From NCBI GenBank assembly GCA_964252035.1, contig OZ176201.1: DNA of 64,000 nt, one strand, 5' to 3'. Below the pieces are notes generated by a model. It saw only the letters and a list, made by a program, of their open reading frames with translations, was not told the origin of the DNA and ran no database searches. Every line of letters begins with the position of its first letter. Position 1 is the first letter of the stretch. This DNA is from Podarcis erhardii. Lineage: Eukaryota. A program made the position numbers and the translations under genes. Positions 51,576-64,000 of this stretch are shown piece by piece.

Positions 51576-54484
51576 TTCACAGCCTAGGATTCGCGATTTC
51601 CTCTTAAGGGAGAGGTGGCTGCAGTACTTAAAGGCTTTTCACAGCAAAACACACCCAGCGAGGCAATATGGACACGCTCTATCACATCTTGTTATTTTTG
51701 TTTCCAATACATTGTGCTATTATGTTCATCTGCACAAAGGATCTAAAGGCAAAATTGCAGCTGGTGCCTGAATTAGTTTGTGGGTCTGATGAACTTCCCA
51801 GGTTGCCAAAAAATAGAAGAAGAAGAAGAAGAAAAGGCTGGAATCACTAATCTGAGTTAGGAATAACAGTAGATGCCCCAGGAGCTTCATAAAATGAAAT
51901 GGATCAAACCCTTGGGGGAAGGAGTATCCTTGAAAGTTACCAAGCAATTTCTTGACTAAGCTAGATGACTTACCTAGACAGGATGCTGTCCCTACTGGGA
52001 ACGGCTGTAAATCAAATCTGTAAAATGGACATGACTTGATAGATTCCACTCCCGCTCCTCAACCGCACACATAACAACATTTGCCCTGTCTCATATATTT
52101 ATATATGCATATCAAGAGCCCCAAACACAGATTGTGGAAATGTAAGCTGGCCTAATGCATATTTGTCAATATGTCATTTCCCCCCTGAGTGCAAAACAGA
52201 AGCTGGCATTACAGAATCAATACATTGTTCTGAATGAGCCTGCCTCAAATCCCTTGGTTGTCAAAAGGCAATGTCCTGCGTTGCTTCTGCTTGCTGAGCT
52301 TTGGATCAGGCTCAGAGAAGGTAGTGATGATGATCACACTGTGTAAACAAGCGCTTATTTACCCAGTTCCATTTGACCATATGGCTTGCTTTATCAAGAC
52401 ATCAACATCTCCCCTTAAAAGCCAGAGTGTGAGGCTCCTGGAACATGTCCCTAAACTTTAAAGTACCGTAGAAAGAGAAAGTGTGGAGCCGAAGTGGCTC
52501 AAATAACAAAGAGGTCCCTGCGAGATCCTAAAAACTGTCAATATTACCAATCACTTAATGAAATCTGAAAGAGGCTTGTTTTTTCCCTTCCTTGCTGATG
52601 TGGAATGCCATTTATTCTCATGCTAGGGACTAATTATGGGGCCTTTTTTTGTGAAGATCAAGGTTTTGCGATCTCTGCTTCTTAATAACATGGTTTGCCT
52701 GTCTGCCACCTGGGACGAGGCAAGGCGCTCTCTTTCACTCCTAAACAGCAGGCACCGCCTTAGGCCACTACAAGTGCAGGCAGGAAACCAAGCCATGTTC
52801 AAGTCATTTAACCACTTCGGCCCTGGCATTCTGTAAGCAGAATCAATGCCCCGAGCAGGCAATCATAAGCAATGAACTTCCTCTCCGCACCCCACTCCAC
52901 TCTAAGTAGAGTTCATCCCCTTTGACACCAAGGAGCCTACGATGGAGGGAGTGATGACAGTCACTACTAGATTTAATTGATTGGCAAAGGACTAGATGGG
53001 ACTTTATGACAGCCAAAGCTAAGGAGGCAACACTTTGTGAAGGAATAAAATGCCCTTTGATTTGGGCTCAATTTAGGGTTTCGACACAAGTTGAAATCCT
53101 GGGGCTTGAGGAGGGAAGTGGTTAAATGAAAACTGTACGGAGTCCCCCCACGCCACTCTGGCTGCAATCTGGTAAGTCATCTTATTAGGAAATTGTGATG
53201 CCCTATTTGCTCTAGACTGTGGCTTGTCTGCTCCACTGAAAGACTTCCTGCTGGGACCTTTGTGGCACAACAGGGGGTAGGAAAGGCTGCTGCAAGATGT
53301 GAGCCTTGGACAGGAGCAGCCAGAGCAGCAGGAGCACTAAGCTGCAAAGAATTAGACATGTAACAACTTAGTAAAAAAGCACAGGCAGTGATTGAGGTTG
53401 GCCCTTTTGCTGTTGACACATTCTGGCCCCCGTAGGTTGTGGTCAGTAAGCCCATTAGAGCAGCAGTGTGGCAACAGCGTGCGACGCGAGCTCAATGTGT
53501 TTCTGTTTTATTTCTCAATACTGGGCAAGAACGGAATGAAACAAGGCAGCAGTAACAGATCACAAATGCAGTTGCAATTGTCAAGGAGGCAGACTTAATT
53601 CTCAAATTATGTTTGGCAGATGGGGAGGGGTGGAATCGATACCTTTCTTTCTTTTTTGCACGGCAGTTTCAATGTGATGCCTGCTGTGTGTTTAATAAAT
53701 AAAAAAAGGAGAACAGCAGTTAAGGGATAGTTTCCCTTTTATGGCCTACAAAATAAGCTCAGAAGGTTAAGTGATCATAGAGGTATAGGAAAACAAAGAC
53801 AGGAGGCATGAACCCATTCAGATCCCATATATGATCAACCCCATTCATTGGCTACCACACTGATCAAATCTACATTGCTCAGCAAAAGAGGACATAAAGA
53901 TATGTACAAATAGATGACTTTGGGGAGGGACGCATTTCAGAATGGGTGAAAGGAGCAGTAAAACAATGAACTGGACTCACAAAGGAAATAATCTAATCTA
54001 GATTGTGTTCCCCTTTTAAAATAAGAAACAGCCTATCAGTTAAGGCAGACACTGGCCTCGATATGCTGACTTGAAAATGCTTATTTCCAGTCTCTGTAGG
54101 GATCACGCAACTTGGGAGTGGTGTGAGGTTTCTCTTACCTGCCAATTAGGGTAACCACAAGTTCCTAAAAACAGGGAGGATTCCTTGCATTAAAAACAGA
54201 TATACCCTAGCATTTTGTCCCGGTTTTTGTAAACTCTTGAGAACCAGACACCTGAAGGAGCCACCGTCCAATTTGGTTATGCAAAGGCTGCCAGTGACAG
54301 CCAAGAGAGTGCCTGCCTGCCTGCCTGAAAGACATCTTTGGCCACAAGAACCTCTTACATGTCACAACCCTGTTCTTCAAACCCACTTCAAAAGCATCAG
54401 CCTGGCGTTCTTAAGTCCACCTGCCCCATATGTATTATTCCTTTCTCTAAATCACAATTTCACTGCTCTTGAACCTTGGCGCTT

Positions 54485-54486
<2 letters not shown>

Positions 54487-54532
<46 letters not shown>
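54487..54532. repeat. (TC)n microsatellite
   Basis: About 23 units. Confidence 0.97.
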
Positions 54533-54535
<3 letters not shown>

Positions 54536-56824
54536 AGCTAGCTAGTCCTGTAGTACCCTGTTCCATTTTCTTTCACTACTATCATTCCCTCTTCCTGCTC
54601 CTGCTGCTGTTCTACTACCATTTTGGCTTCAGAAACAACTCACACTCTCAGTAGTACAATTGTTTGATTTATTGGCTAGCCAAATCAGCATCAATGTGGG
54701 TCACTGGGAATTTGTATTCAACCTCAGAGTAACTGACGATAGTCAATGTAACAACCTGAGAAAGTGACCTGCGGACTGAAACCATGCAGATTATGCTCCT
54801 CAAAGGAAAAAGAAATCACATTTAAACAACCAGTGGTAATTACATTACAAACACAGCATGCATTTATTTTTTAAAGCAGTACGTTCTTAGCACTATAATC
54901 GTGGAACAAACAAAATGGAAAAGGAAGGATTAAGATGAGGAATATTAACTTGTAGCAGACATCACTGTGGTCCAGGAAAGTGGTTAGAAGAAGGTTCTTA
55001 AGCAGGAGAGAAAGGAGGATAAAGGATATATATAACCTGTGGGCCTCTAGATGTTTTTGGATTCCATCTTATATTAACCTTAGCCAGTGTGCAGTTAGGA
55101 GTGATGCAAGTTGTATCCTAGTAGTATCTAGAGGCCCACAGGTTCCCAACCACTGGTTTAGATGTCATGATTCCAGGGTAACAGTCAGACATACATGCCT
55201 CCATCTTTCCTCTCTTGCACCTCAATTTAATACTTCTGAGGTTTGCTAAACCATAGTTTCTTATGATTAAGGAATTCCTACAAACCAGAGTATCAGCTCA
55301 GCATCACACTGTGGTTTGATCTTCTGGTTTGTAGGGATTGCTTAAACCACAGCTTCCCAATTCCAATGCCATGCAATACTGTGGTTTAACAAACCCCATG
55401 AATATTGAATTAAGATGCATGAGAGAAGGAAGAAGAGAATGGGAGAATAAAGGAGACGAGGGAATGTGTGCACACAGCTTGTTTCTGGATAATTATATCA
55501 GGTGGAAGTTGTTCCAGGAACAGAAAGTCATATACATATGCCTATATGGAATTGCCTCCTATTGAGCCAGACCACTAATCCATGTCATCCAATATTGTCT
55601 GCGCTACCTGGAAGTGGGTCTCAGGCAGAGGTCTTGCCCAGCTCTGTTATCTGAGAACCTTTAACTAAAGATGCCAGGAATTGAACCTAGCACTCTGCCA
55701 CTGGACAATGTCTGTTATTTCTGGCGTGGAAAAACGTAAGTGGGAAAGCAGAACTTAAGGGTCCAAAGCCAATGAATCTGTATTAATTAAGGTACCCAAA
55801 GAAGTGAGATGGAAAAAGAGATAGGGGATAGAGTCACCGATTTAATTTCTTCAGATGGAGAATACCTGTATATCTGGACTGCGTTACTGAATCTGCATGG
55901 ATACGTTATATGCAAACATGTGTCCTGGACTGGTTGGTTGCAGAGGAGTGGTGGGAGGCACCAGTTGGGGAACCCCCAGGGGAAGAAGGCTCAGTGTCAG
56001 GGGATTGGTGGTGAGAGTGGTGTGTGTTCTGGTGACCAGGGGAGAGCAGAAGGGGGAGACTCCTTGGATTCTTCAGCAGTCTGCCTCATCTCTGTCTCCT
56101 GCTCCTCTCCTGTGAGTCTGGACTGCCTTCTGCCACAGTTTGCTCACTAAACCCCGTTCTCTCTTCAGCTTCCTCCTCCTCCTCTTCTTCTCCCCCTGAT
56201 TTCTGAAATTTTGGCGAACCCTGGGAATGAGTGCCATTTTGCAGCTGTTGCTGGTGCAAGTGCAAAAGACTAGTCACATATTAAGTCTTCTTTACAAATT
56301 GCTTCCTGGAAATAACAAGGACGCACGGAATGCAGGGTAATTAGGACTGTGTAAGTCAGGTGTATGAATTCTGGAGTTGTATCCATAGATCTCTGGGAAA
56401 CAAGAAGCAACCTGGGTATATAGCACATTAGTAAGTGGGATGGGTGTTTGCTTTAGGGTGAGAAAAACAGAGAAGATTTCCCTGATTGCCCACCTGTACT
56501 AGGAACCTATACATCTGACAAATAGCATAGGTGGCATAAGATCAAGACAATCCATTCTTCATCCCACCTTAATCTAAGAAGCAAGGTGCTTGTTGTAACC
56601 TTTAAAGCCTGCAAGAGCCTACATACCTGAGACTGTGCTTTCTCCCAAACGAGTAGTGTTATTATATTATGGATTGAATTTGTTTGAGACTTTTTTTGTA
56701 AAAAGTGACTAAGAAAAGAAAAACAATGTACAATACAAAATTCCTAAGATGTTCACCCAAATATCCAATAAGGAGGAAAAGTCCTATCTAACCTCACTAA
56801 AAGATGAGCACCATAGTGATGGCT

Positions 56825-57690
56825 AACATAACCATCTAAAGCCTGGATAAATAAATCAACCCTAGCCTGATACTTAAAAATGGGCAAGGCTGGTGCCAGG
56901 AGAGCATTTCACAGATGAGGAGAGGGGAGCACTGAAAAAGCCTGGTCTTGTGCAGCCACCTTCCCCACCTTCCTGGGATGTGGCAGATGGAGATGGGTTG
57001 CAGATGAAGATTGCAGAGCTTGGGCTGGTTTACATAAGGAGAGGTGGTGCCTGAGATATTGAGGTTCTGAGACACACAAGGCTTTACAGGTCAAAAGTAG
57101 CACTTTCAACCGAGTCCAGAAACTAATTGTGCAGTAGGTCAGAATCAATGCAAAGTGCTCAGACGTTCTGGTCCTAATCAATAATCTGGCCACTGAATTC
57201 TGCATTACAGCTGCAGTTTCTGAACTGATTTCAAAGGCATAATAATCTAACCTAGAGCTCTCCAGAGCATAGACAATGGAAAGAAACTAGGTTGTCCCTG
57301 TCCAGATAGGATCTGATGCAAGGCACTCTGAATCACCGAGGCCATTTGTGTCTCCAGTGACAGCAATGGGTTCAGGAGTATCCCCAAGTTGTTCCTTTAG
57401 GGGGAATGCAACCCCTTCCAGAACAGGTTGAACTTCACTCAACTATGCCCCTTAACTGTGCACCAGTGGATTATGCTTCAGTTTTTTTGCCCTCATCCAC
57501 TCCATTGCTGCATACACTGATACAGCACATCCACTGCCACACTTATAGATGTAAAGGAGAAATAGAGTTGCATGTCATTAGCATATTGATCACAACACAC
57601 TCCACATCTCTGGATGACTCCACTTGGCAGCTTCGTAGAGATATTAAAGGGTATGGAACGCCACACCATTGTGGCTGGAGAGGATGCCAA
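56825..57690 (-). mobile_element. Degenerate L2 LINE ORF2 (RT C-terminal half)
   Basis: Fragments GVP..., QYANDMQLYFSF (decayed YADD), QNSVARLL and KVLLLTCKAL...PQYL, with frameshifts. Confidence 0.85.
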
Positions 57691-60600
57691 GTGTGGAAGG
57701 AAGGTTCACAAATAATCAAAGAAACATCTAACCATTTCAGCATAGTATAGTATCATTTTTGTATTTATTTACAGAATATGGACAGATATCTTTTCATAAT
57801 GAGAGCAAGAACATCAAGTGATGCTGAGGACAATCTGAATTGTCTTTTCCAATGTATTTCTTATTAATGAAAAAATTGGCGTGGTGTGAGCAAATATTTA
57901 TCATGAAAGCGTGGCCCAGTGAAAAAAGTTTGAGAACCACTGACGTAGGGTATAAGATTAATGGCTATCCAAATGCAATTGGTGGTATATCAACACTCTT
58001 AAAACCACTGTCATTAGCAGCTGGGAGCTTCACACTAATAGTTTCAGCAGGCCAATAAATTTGATAAAATCTCCTCCAAATTACTGATACAAAATGGCCA
58101 TTGGCCCAAGGTCCTAGATGTAAGCTGAAAGTTATATTCTTTCTGCACCTTAATTCCATCATGCTATGAACACTTCCTTCTGCCTCAAACATTAGTCTGC
58201 TTTGCTACATTTCAATAGACTTTCACAGTGCTCCAGCTGTTAGATAAACTTTCAAGGATATTTTTGTGACAGGTACAAACCTAGACAGGAAACCTTAAGA
58301 CAAAATCCCAAATTAATTATATGTCAACAGTCAAGCCACAAGAAGGAGCAATTGTCATAAATTTTTGAAGTTTAGAATCCAATTTTAGTTGTAGGGTTCC
58401 CCCCCCCCAAAGAAGTCTACTGACTCACTGCTAAGCCAATGCCAATAAAATGGTATATTTTACATTCTTGAACAGCTTGTTTTGGCTAAACAGAGAGCAA
58501 AGATGTTTTGATTTCCCTTTTTCGGAAAAACGAATCATATAAAATGACTAGAGGTAACATAGAATAGTGCAGAATGTACAAGGTAAAATTTCAGGGGGAT
58601 TTGTGCCAGGGCAAGTGCTTTGAGGAATGGGCTGTAAAAAAGCTCCACAAGACATAACGCTACAGTCTCTAATTGCATTTATTCCCATTTAAACAGGCAC
58701 CTGAAGCCCTTGAAATGCAGGCTTTACTAGGACCCAACCCAAGAAGAGAAATTAAGAGCATCAGAAAGGCCACGTGTATACAGGCAGGAATTACCACCCA
58801 GGTCCCTTTCCTCACTGTTGTCAGCACCCTTTGGAGACACCTGCCTCCTTAGGCTCTGGTCTTTGAAATGCAGTCATCTTAAGTGTATGTCAACAGAGCC
58901 TTTCTGTAATGCCTCATGCCTGTTGCACTCAATGTGTGAACCAGGCTTTCCTGATGAGGCAGAGAGAGCTGCCCAGGTGAGCATTGTGTTTGTGTGTGAG
59001 GAGCATTATTCCACTTACCAGAATGTGCCTGGTTGGTTCTGCTAGGAAGCAGAATGCCAGTTTTAAATGCATTTGTTGTATTTGTGTTTTAAACTGTTTT
59101 TAATTATCTTATTAAGGTGCAAATCACCTTAAGATGGTGGTTAAAAGACAATTAATAAATTATTATTAATAATAATTCTGTTGCATGCAACTTTATCTTG
59201 GCATGATTGTCGCTGCAGAACTGGGCAGTAAAGGGGCACAGCAATTATAAGCTCAGAAGTTTGGGTAAAATGGAAGGGGGGGTGTAAAAAATGCTTTTCC
59301 TTCAAGTAACCACAGGGCTCCAGCAATGGGGATGGAGGGGTAAAGTACTTGTTTGAGGAGGCGACAAATGCACGCCCGCCCCTGCTCCCCCAGTACTGCC
59401 TATGTTACAGTATTTGTAATACAACTGATTTTTCCTTCCCTCCCAAGCTTTCCTTTCCACCATCACTACCAATACCTGGGTATATGTCAATGCATGTCAC
59501 ACACTTCCTCCAACCCCCAAGGAGCCCTTGCCTAAAGCAAAGAATCAGCCCTTTGGGTTGTATCCAATGCTAGTCGTACTCAAAGTAAACTTATTGCAAT
59601 TAACAGTCATGATTAACGTCCAGTCCATTGATTTAAATGGATCTATTCTGAAGAAGACCCAGCTGAATACATTCGTATGAGTTGTATCCAACAAAATCCT
59701 ACCCAGAGTAGATCCACTGAAATTAATGGCCCTAAGTTAGTCATGTCCATCAAATTCAATGGGTCTAGCATTGGATAGAACCATTTGGGCCAATTCACTT
59801 TACTGGCTCTGCCAGCGGAAGCCCATAGAAGGGCTTATGCTAGCACAATTCTTCTTCCCCTGTGTGCTGCTACTCCCCACAAACTGGCTCTGTGGAGGAG
59901 GGGTAGGGGAACCCCTTGCGGTGTAGGATAAGCTGGTCAGCAAGATAAGCCCAGTGAAGGTGAGTAGCGAAGAGATTTCTTCCTTACGCTCTAGGACAGG
60001 CAGAATCTACACATCTAGTGAAGTTTCCCCTTCCTTTAAGGTATGATGAAGAATAAACGTCAAAGCTGGTGAAAAGGACCAGAGTCACGAAAAGTCCAGC
60101 AAATTTGCTTGCTTGTGAAATAAAAAAATCTAAACTAAAATTAGAGCTCAGATACAAATCTAAACGGACTGTAGCTCAAGAGATAGACATGATTTCAAAG
60201 GAGGCGAATTAGGAATACTTGGATTGTGAGGTAATATATCAGAGGTTACAGTACTTAAGTTATCGTTTGCGGTGAATCCAGAGAAACTCCTCGGATCAAA
60301 TGTCTCCAGCTAATATATTCAGTGGGTTTGTCAAGGTTCCCTTGTCTCCACAGGCTTTTGAAGGCAGGATTTCTACCTTCGCAGGAGATGAAGAGTGACA
60401 GGGGAAAGGGGAGGAGGAGAGGCCACAGAGAATCAGGGAGGATTACATTTAATGCTGGTTAAGTGAATAACGGTAACCTGCTCAGTGAAATGTATTCGCT
60501 TACAGAAATGTGCCTCTCCTTATTATGTGTGCTCCTGGGCTGAAAAGCCTTTAAGGCAAGGTAATTTTCAACAATTCAAAACTCCTATTGATCACTAACA

Positions 60601-62144
60601 CAACTCTTTGAAGGAACACATGCCTCACACCAGTTGTGAACAGAAACTGCTGTGAAAGCAGGCAGAATATTCCACACAGCTGATAAAATAATAGCTCGTC
60701 GGTAGTGCCAAGGAAAGAGAGGATTATTCCCCTCCCAAGAATTGCCGCGCTACCCACTGATCATTTACCCCATTCATTTCTATGTCCCTGGTTTCAGTTT
60801 ATATGCAGCTATTAAAAAAAAAAAAGGCACCTTCCATTTCGTATGAATAGAATGAAGGCCTTGCCTGCCCTCAAAATTTACAGTGGTTTGTCAGTGCCAA
60901 GATGGTGTAAACTCACTGCAGCAAAAACATCTGGAACCAGTATGCATTTTTTTTACTGGGAGGATTGGGCAAAGAAAAATCGCACGCAGTTGGGGAACAC
61001 TTTGTACGATCGTGTGGATAAACTCTATGTAGAATTATATTTCACACCAGGTTTCCAAATTATTGTTTTCGGAGCAGGGAGCTCATATTTTAGAAATACG
61101 TTGGGGCACAGTTCACTCACTCATTAATTTTCTCTGATTAATTTACATGAGGAAGAGCTAAGCACACATGGTTGCCAACTCTTCCACAAGCCTGTGTAAT
61201 TGTGCCTTTAACAGCAGCAGATAACAATGCTCATTTCCAGGACATGAACAATTTCACCTTCTAATTCCTGTAGATAATATTTGTATGAAAGGCGCAACTA
61301 CACAGGGTGATTTAAACGTTGGCAACCCTGTAAGCCCATGTTTAACTCCCTCACTAAAATCAAAGGGATTTAGAAGTGCTTAATTTGGCTGGATTGCACC
61401 CTTGATCTTAAATACTTAGACACAGAGTAACAATGAAAAGAGCTCTGTTTGAAATTGTCTAGTGCATTTGAATGTGGAGGTTTCCAGCTGTACACTGGTG
61501 AACCACAAGACTAGTGGGGATTAGAGCTGAGCACAGTTTTTAACTTTAATTTTGCATCCATTCAAGAAGCTTCAAAAATGTGTCAAGACGCTTAGAGAAT
61601 TTATGGCTGTCCTTTTCTTTGTCACAAAGTTTGCCCTCCAAACCATGTTCTTCCTTCCTCTTCAAGGGTGACACAGATGTATTGTACAAACATTTGCTTT
61701 TGATCTCTGGTCCATTAGTTAATATTTCTGAATAGGGGAACAATGAGGCTGACCCACCCTTTCCCATTTTTAAAATATGGTTGACATTTCAGAGTCATTA
61801 ATCCCATATGTATAGAAGGGTTGAATGAACAGATTATGAAACAATGAGAAGTGGCCTACAGCTCCCTTTTTAAAAATTCCAGTCTTTGTCTTATTATTAT
61901 AATTATTATTTCTTTAAAAAACCCCACATGAACATTCTCAATGGTTCCCTGTTCCAGAACCTCTGAATAAACCTTTGGTGTAATTAACCATTCTTCGACT
62001 GCTTGTGAATAGCATTGGTCAATACAAGCAATTGTCTTTCTGCCACAACTCTTTTCCTTATAAATGGGACACAGGCTGCAACAAATTTGTTCAAGAGTTA
62101 GTCTACAATTTTAATGTGGAATGATGATGATGATAAGGATGAAA

Positions 62145-62655
62145 ACAACAACAACAACAACAACAACAATTTATTTATACCCCGCCCATCTGGCTGAGTT
62201 TCCCCAGCCACTCTGGGCGGCTTCCATTCAAGTGTTAAAAACAATACAGCATTAAATATTAAAAACTTCCCTAAACAGGCTGCCTTCAGATCTCTTTTAA
62301 AGATAGGATAGCTGCTTATTTCCTTCACATCTGAAGGGAGGGCGTTCCACAGGGCGGGACCCACTACCGAGAAGGCCCTCTGTCTGGTTCCCTGTAACCT
62401 CACTTTTTGCAACGAGGGAACCGCCGGAAGGCCCTCGGTGCTGGATCTCAGTGCCCGGGCTGAACGATGGGGGTGGAGACGCTCCTTCAGGTATACAGGA
62501 CCAAGGCCGTTTATACCCCGCCCATCTGGCTGGGTTTCACCAGCCACTCTGGGCGGCTTCCAACAAAATATTAAAATACAGTGGTCTGTTAAACATTAAA
62601 AGCTTCCCTAAACAGGGCTGCCTTCAAATGTCTTCTAAAAGTCTGGTAGTTGTTC
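62145..62655 (-). mobile_element. Two head-to-tail L2 3' ends
   Basis: NGLGPVYLKERL...RAFSVVGPALWNALP...FKRDLKA; the terminus GCCGCCCAGAGTGGCTGG...GGCGGGGTATAAA appears twice; (TTG)n tail. Confidence 0.88.
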
Positions 62656-63820
62656 TTCTCTTCATTAGACACTAATAAATCTAGTTATAGATTCCCACCA
62701 ATGTGGTATCCCAATGCTGGTGATTCTGGGAAATATTAAGACTGCATTTAGTGTTACTGGGGAGATCAGCCTTCTGAAGTCTGCCCTAGCACCTTGTCTC
62801 CAGAAATCTCCATGTTGCCTGTGAGTGGTATATCAAGCAGAGACTTGAGAGCTAAGGGGAAGATGCTCTGTGACAGGCTGATAATACTGTTTGGTGCTAT
62901 AGAAATCCCCATGCAAATAAACATGTGGTCCTCCTTTAGTATGTACGCTGAGAGGTACCTCAGGAACATGGTTTTCTCTTTCTGCCTGACCTCTAACTCA
63001 ACCAAGCTATCCCAAGCATATCCTGATTTAACCTACTTCTGATCAACATTTCCACATGGAACTTTATTTGCACATTGTATGTTTTCGCAGTCATTACCCA
63101 TGGAGCGAAAGAGATCCCAAAGGTGCACAGCTCTATAAAGCCAGCCAGCCTGGAGACTGGCATCTCCCCTCCACCAGAGAAGACTGTGGAGAGTGCTGTA
63201 GGGAATAGGATCCTGGGTGGGCAGGTAGCATTGGGAACACCTGCTGCCCCAGCTGGGCATGTACCAGCTGCTGGGGCAGCTCTATAAAGTCAGCCTGCCT
63301 GGGGGCAGGGCCACAACCGATGGGACAACATCAAAGTGAATCGTCCTTTTGGGGGCAGCACTTTGGGATGGAAGGAGAGTGTGGGCCAGCCAACCTTGTG
63401 GTAAAACATAATGTTATATGTTGTGTGCTCCTTTTACATGGTTATGTATGTATTGTGGTATTTTATGCATTGTGACTTGCTGTTATTTTTATTGATTATA
63501 GTTTAGTAATTATTTGATGTAATGGTTAAGAGTGAATTTCTGTTTATTATTTGCTGATATTTAATTTTATTGTGCACTATTATAGTCTAATGGGTTATTG
63601 ATTATTATTTCATTTTATATAAGTTGCCTATTTTAAAGTTATGCTTTTATTATGAATTTTTGTATTGGATCAGAATGTTATGAGGTGTGTGGTCCTTTTT
63701 GTATAAGTTGTTGTTTCTTCAGCTTGTAAACCACCTTGTGTATCATAACAAAGAAATGTGGTATACAACTTAAAAGCGAAATGAAAAATTAAAAAAAAAA
63801 AGTGAAAAGAAATACACATA

Positions 63821-64000
63821 CAGTGGTACCTTGATTTAAGGCTGTAATCCAGTCTTAAAACAAAGTGGACTTAAAACAAGGCATGGTTTCCCATAGAAAA
63901 TAATTGAAAATGGATTGATCCATTGTAGACAATGAAAAAACCCCCTAAAACAGCAATTTAACACAAATTTTACTGTCTAACAAGACCATTGATCCATAAA
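63821..64000. mobile_element. Left end of a Tigger-like element, cut by the window edge
   Basis: TA|CAGTGGTACCTTGATTTAAG resembles the TIR at 44828; internal TTTCCCATAGAAAATAATTG is typical of the family. Confidence 0.6.

Overview
Vertebrate (squamate) genomic DNA; a Sauria SINE and Squam3-type SINEs point to a lizard, probably a lacertid (inference). The only protein-coding gene I can support is a complete WNT5A on the minus strand. It has five coding exons (19187-19192, 13458-13585, 12040-12305, 7414-7706, 2052-2510), all with GT-AG junctions in compatible phase, giving 1152 nt / 383 aa. A ~6.7 kb CpG island covers promoter A and most of intron 1, and a probable promoter B lies near 14.05 kb. 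Upstream are candidate regulatory blocks and a dense nest of SINE/LINE/MITE copies (24.9-30.6 kb). By synteny, the non-coding terminal exon of ERC2 probably lies at about 44.5/48.7-51.2 kb on the minus strand. I found no tRNA or rRNA genes, no CRISPR array and no intact autonomous transposon, and no evidence of a new biological system. The most interesting leads are: (1) two 98%-identical young hAT MITEs with telomere-like TTAGGG/G-quadruplex cores that bracket promoter A; (2) an extra in-frame Met in exon 2 that may erase the long/short WNT5A isoform difference; (3) an oriented set of CTCF motifs; (4) uORFs in the leader; (5) a possible relic ERC-family exon at 43 kb. Comparisons with human and chicken sequences are from memory and need confirming by alignment.
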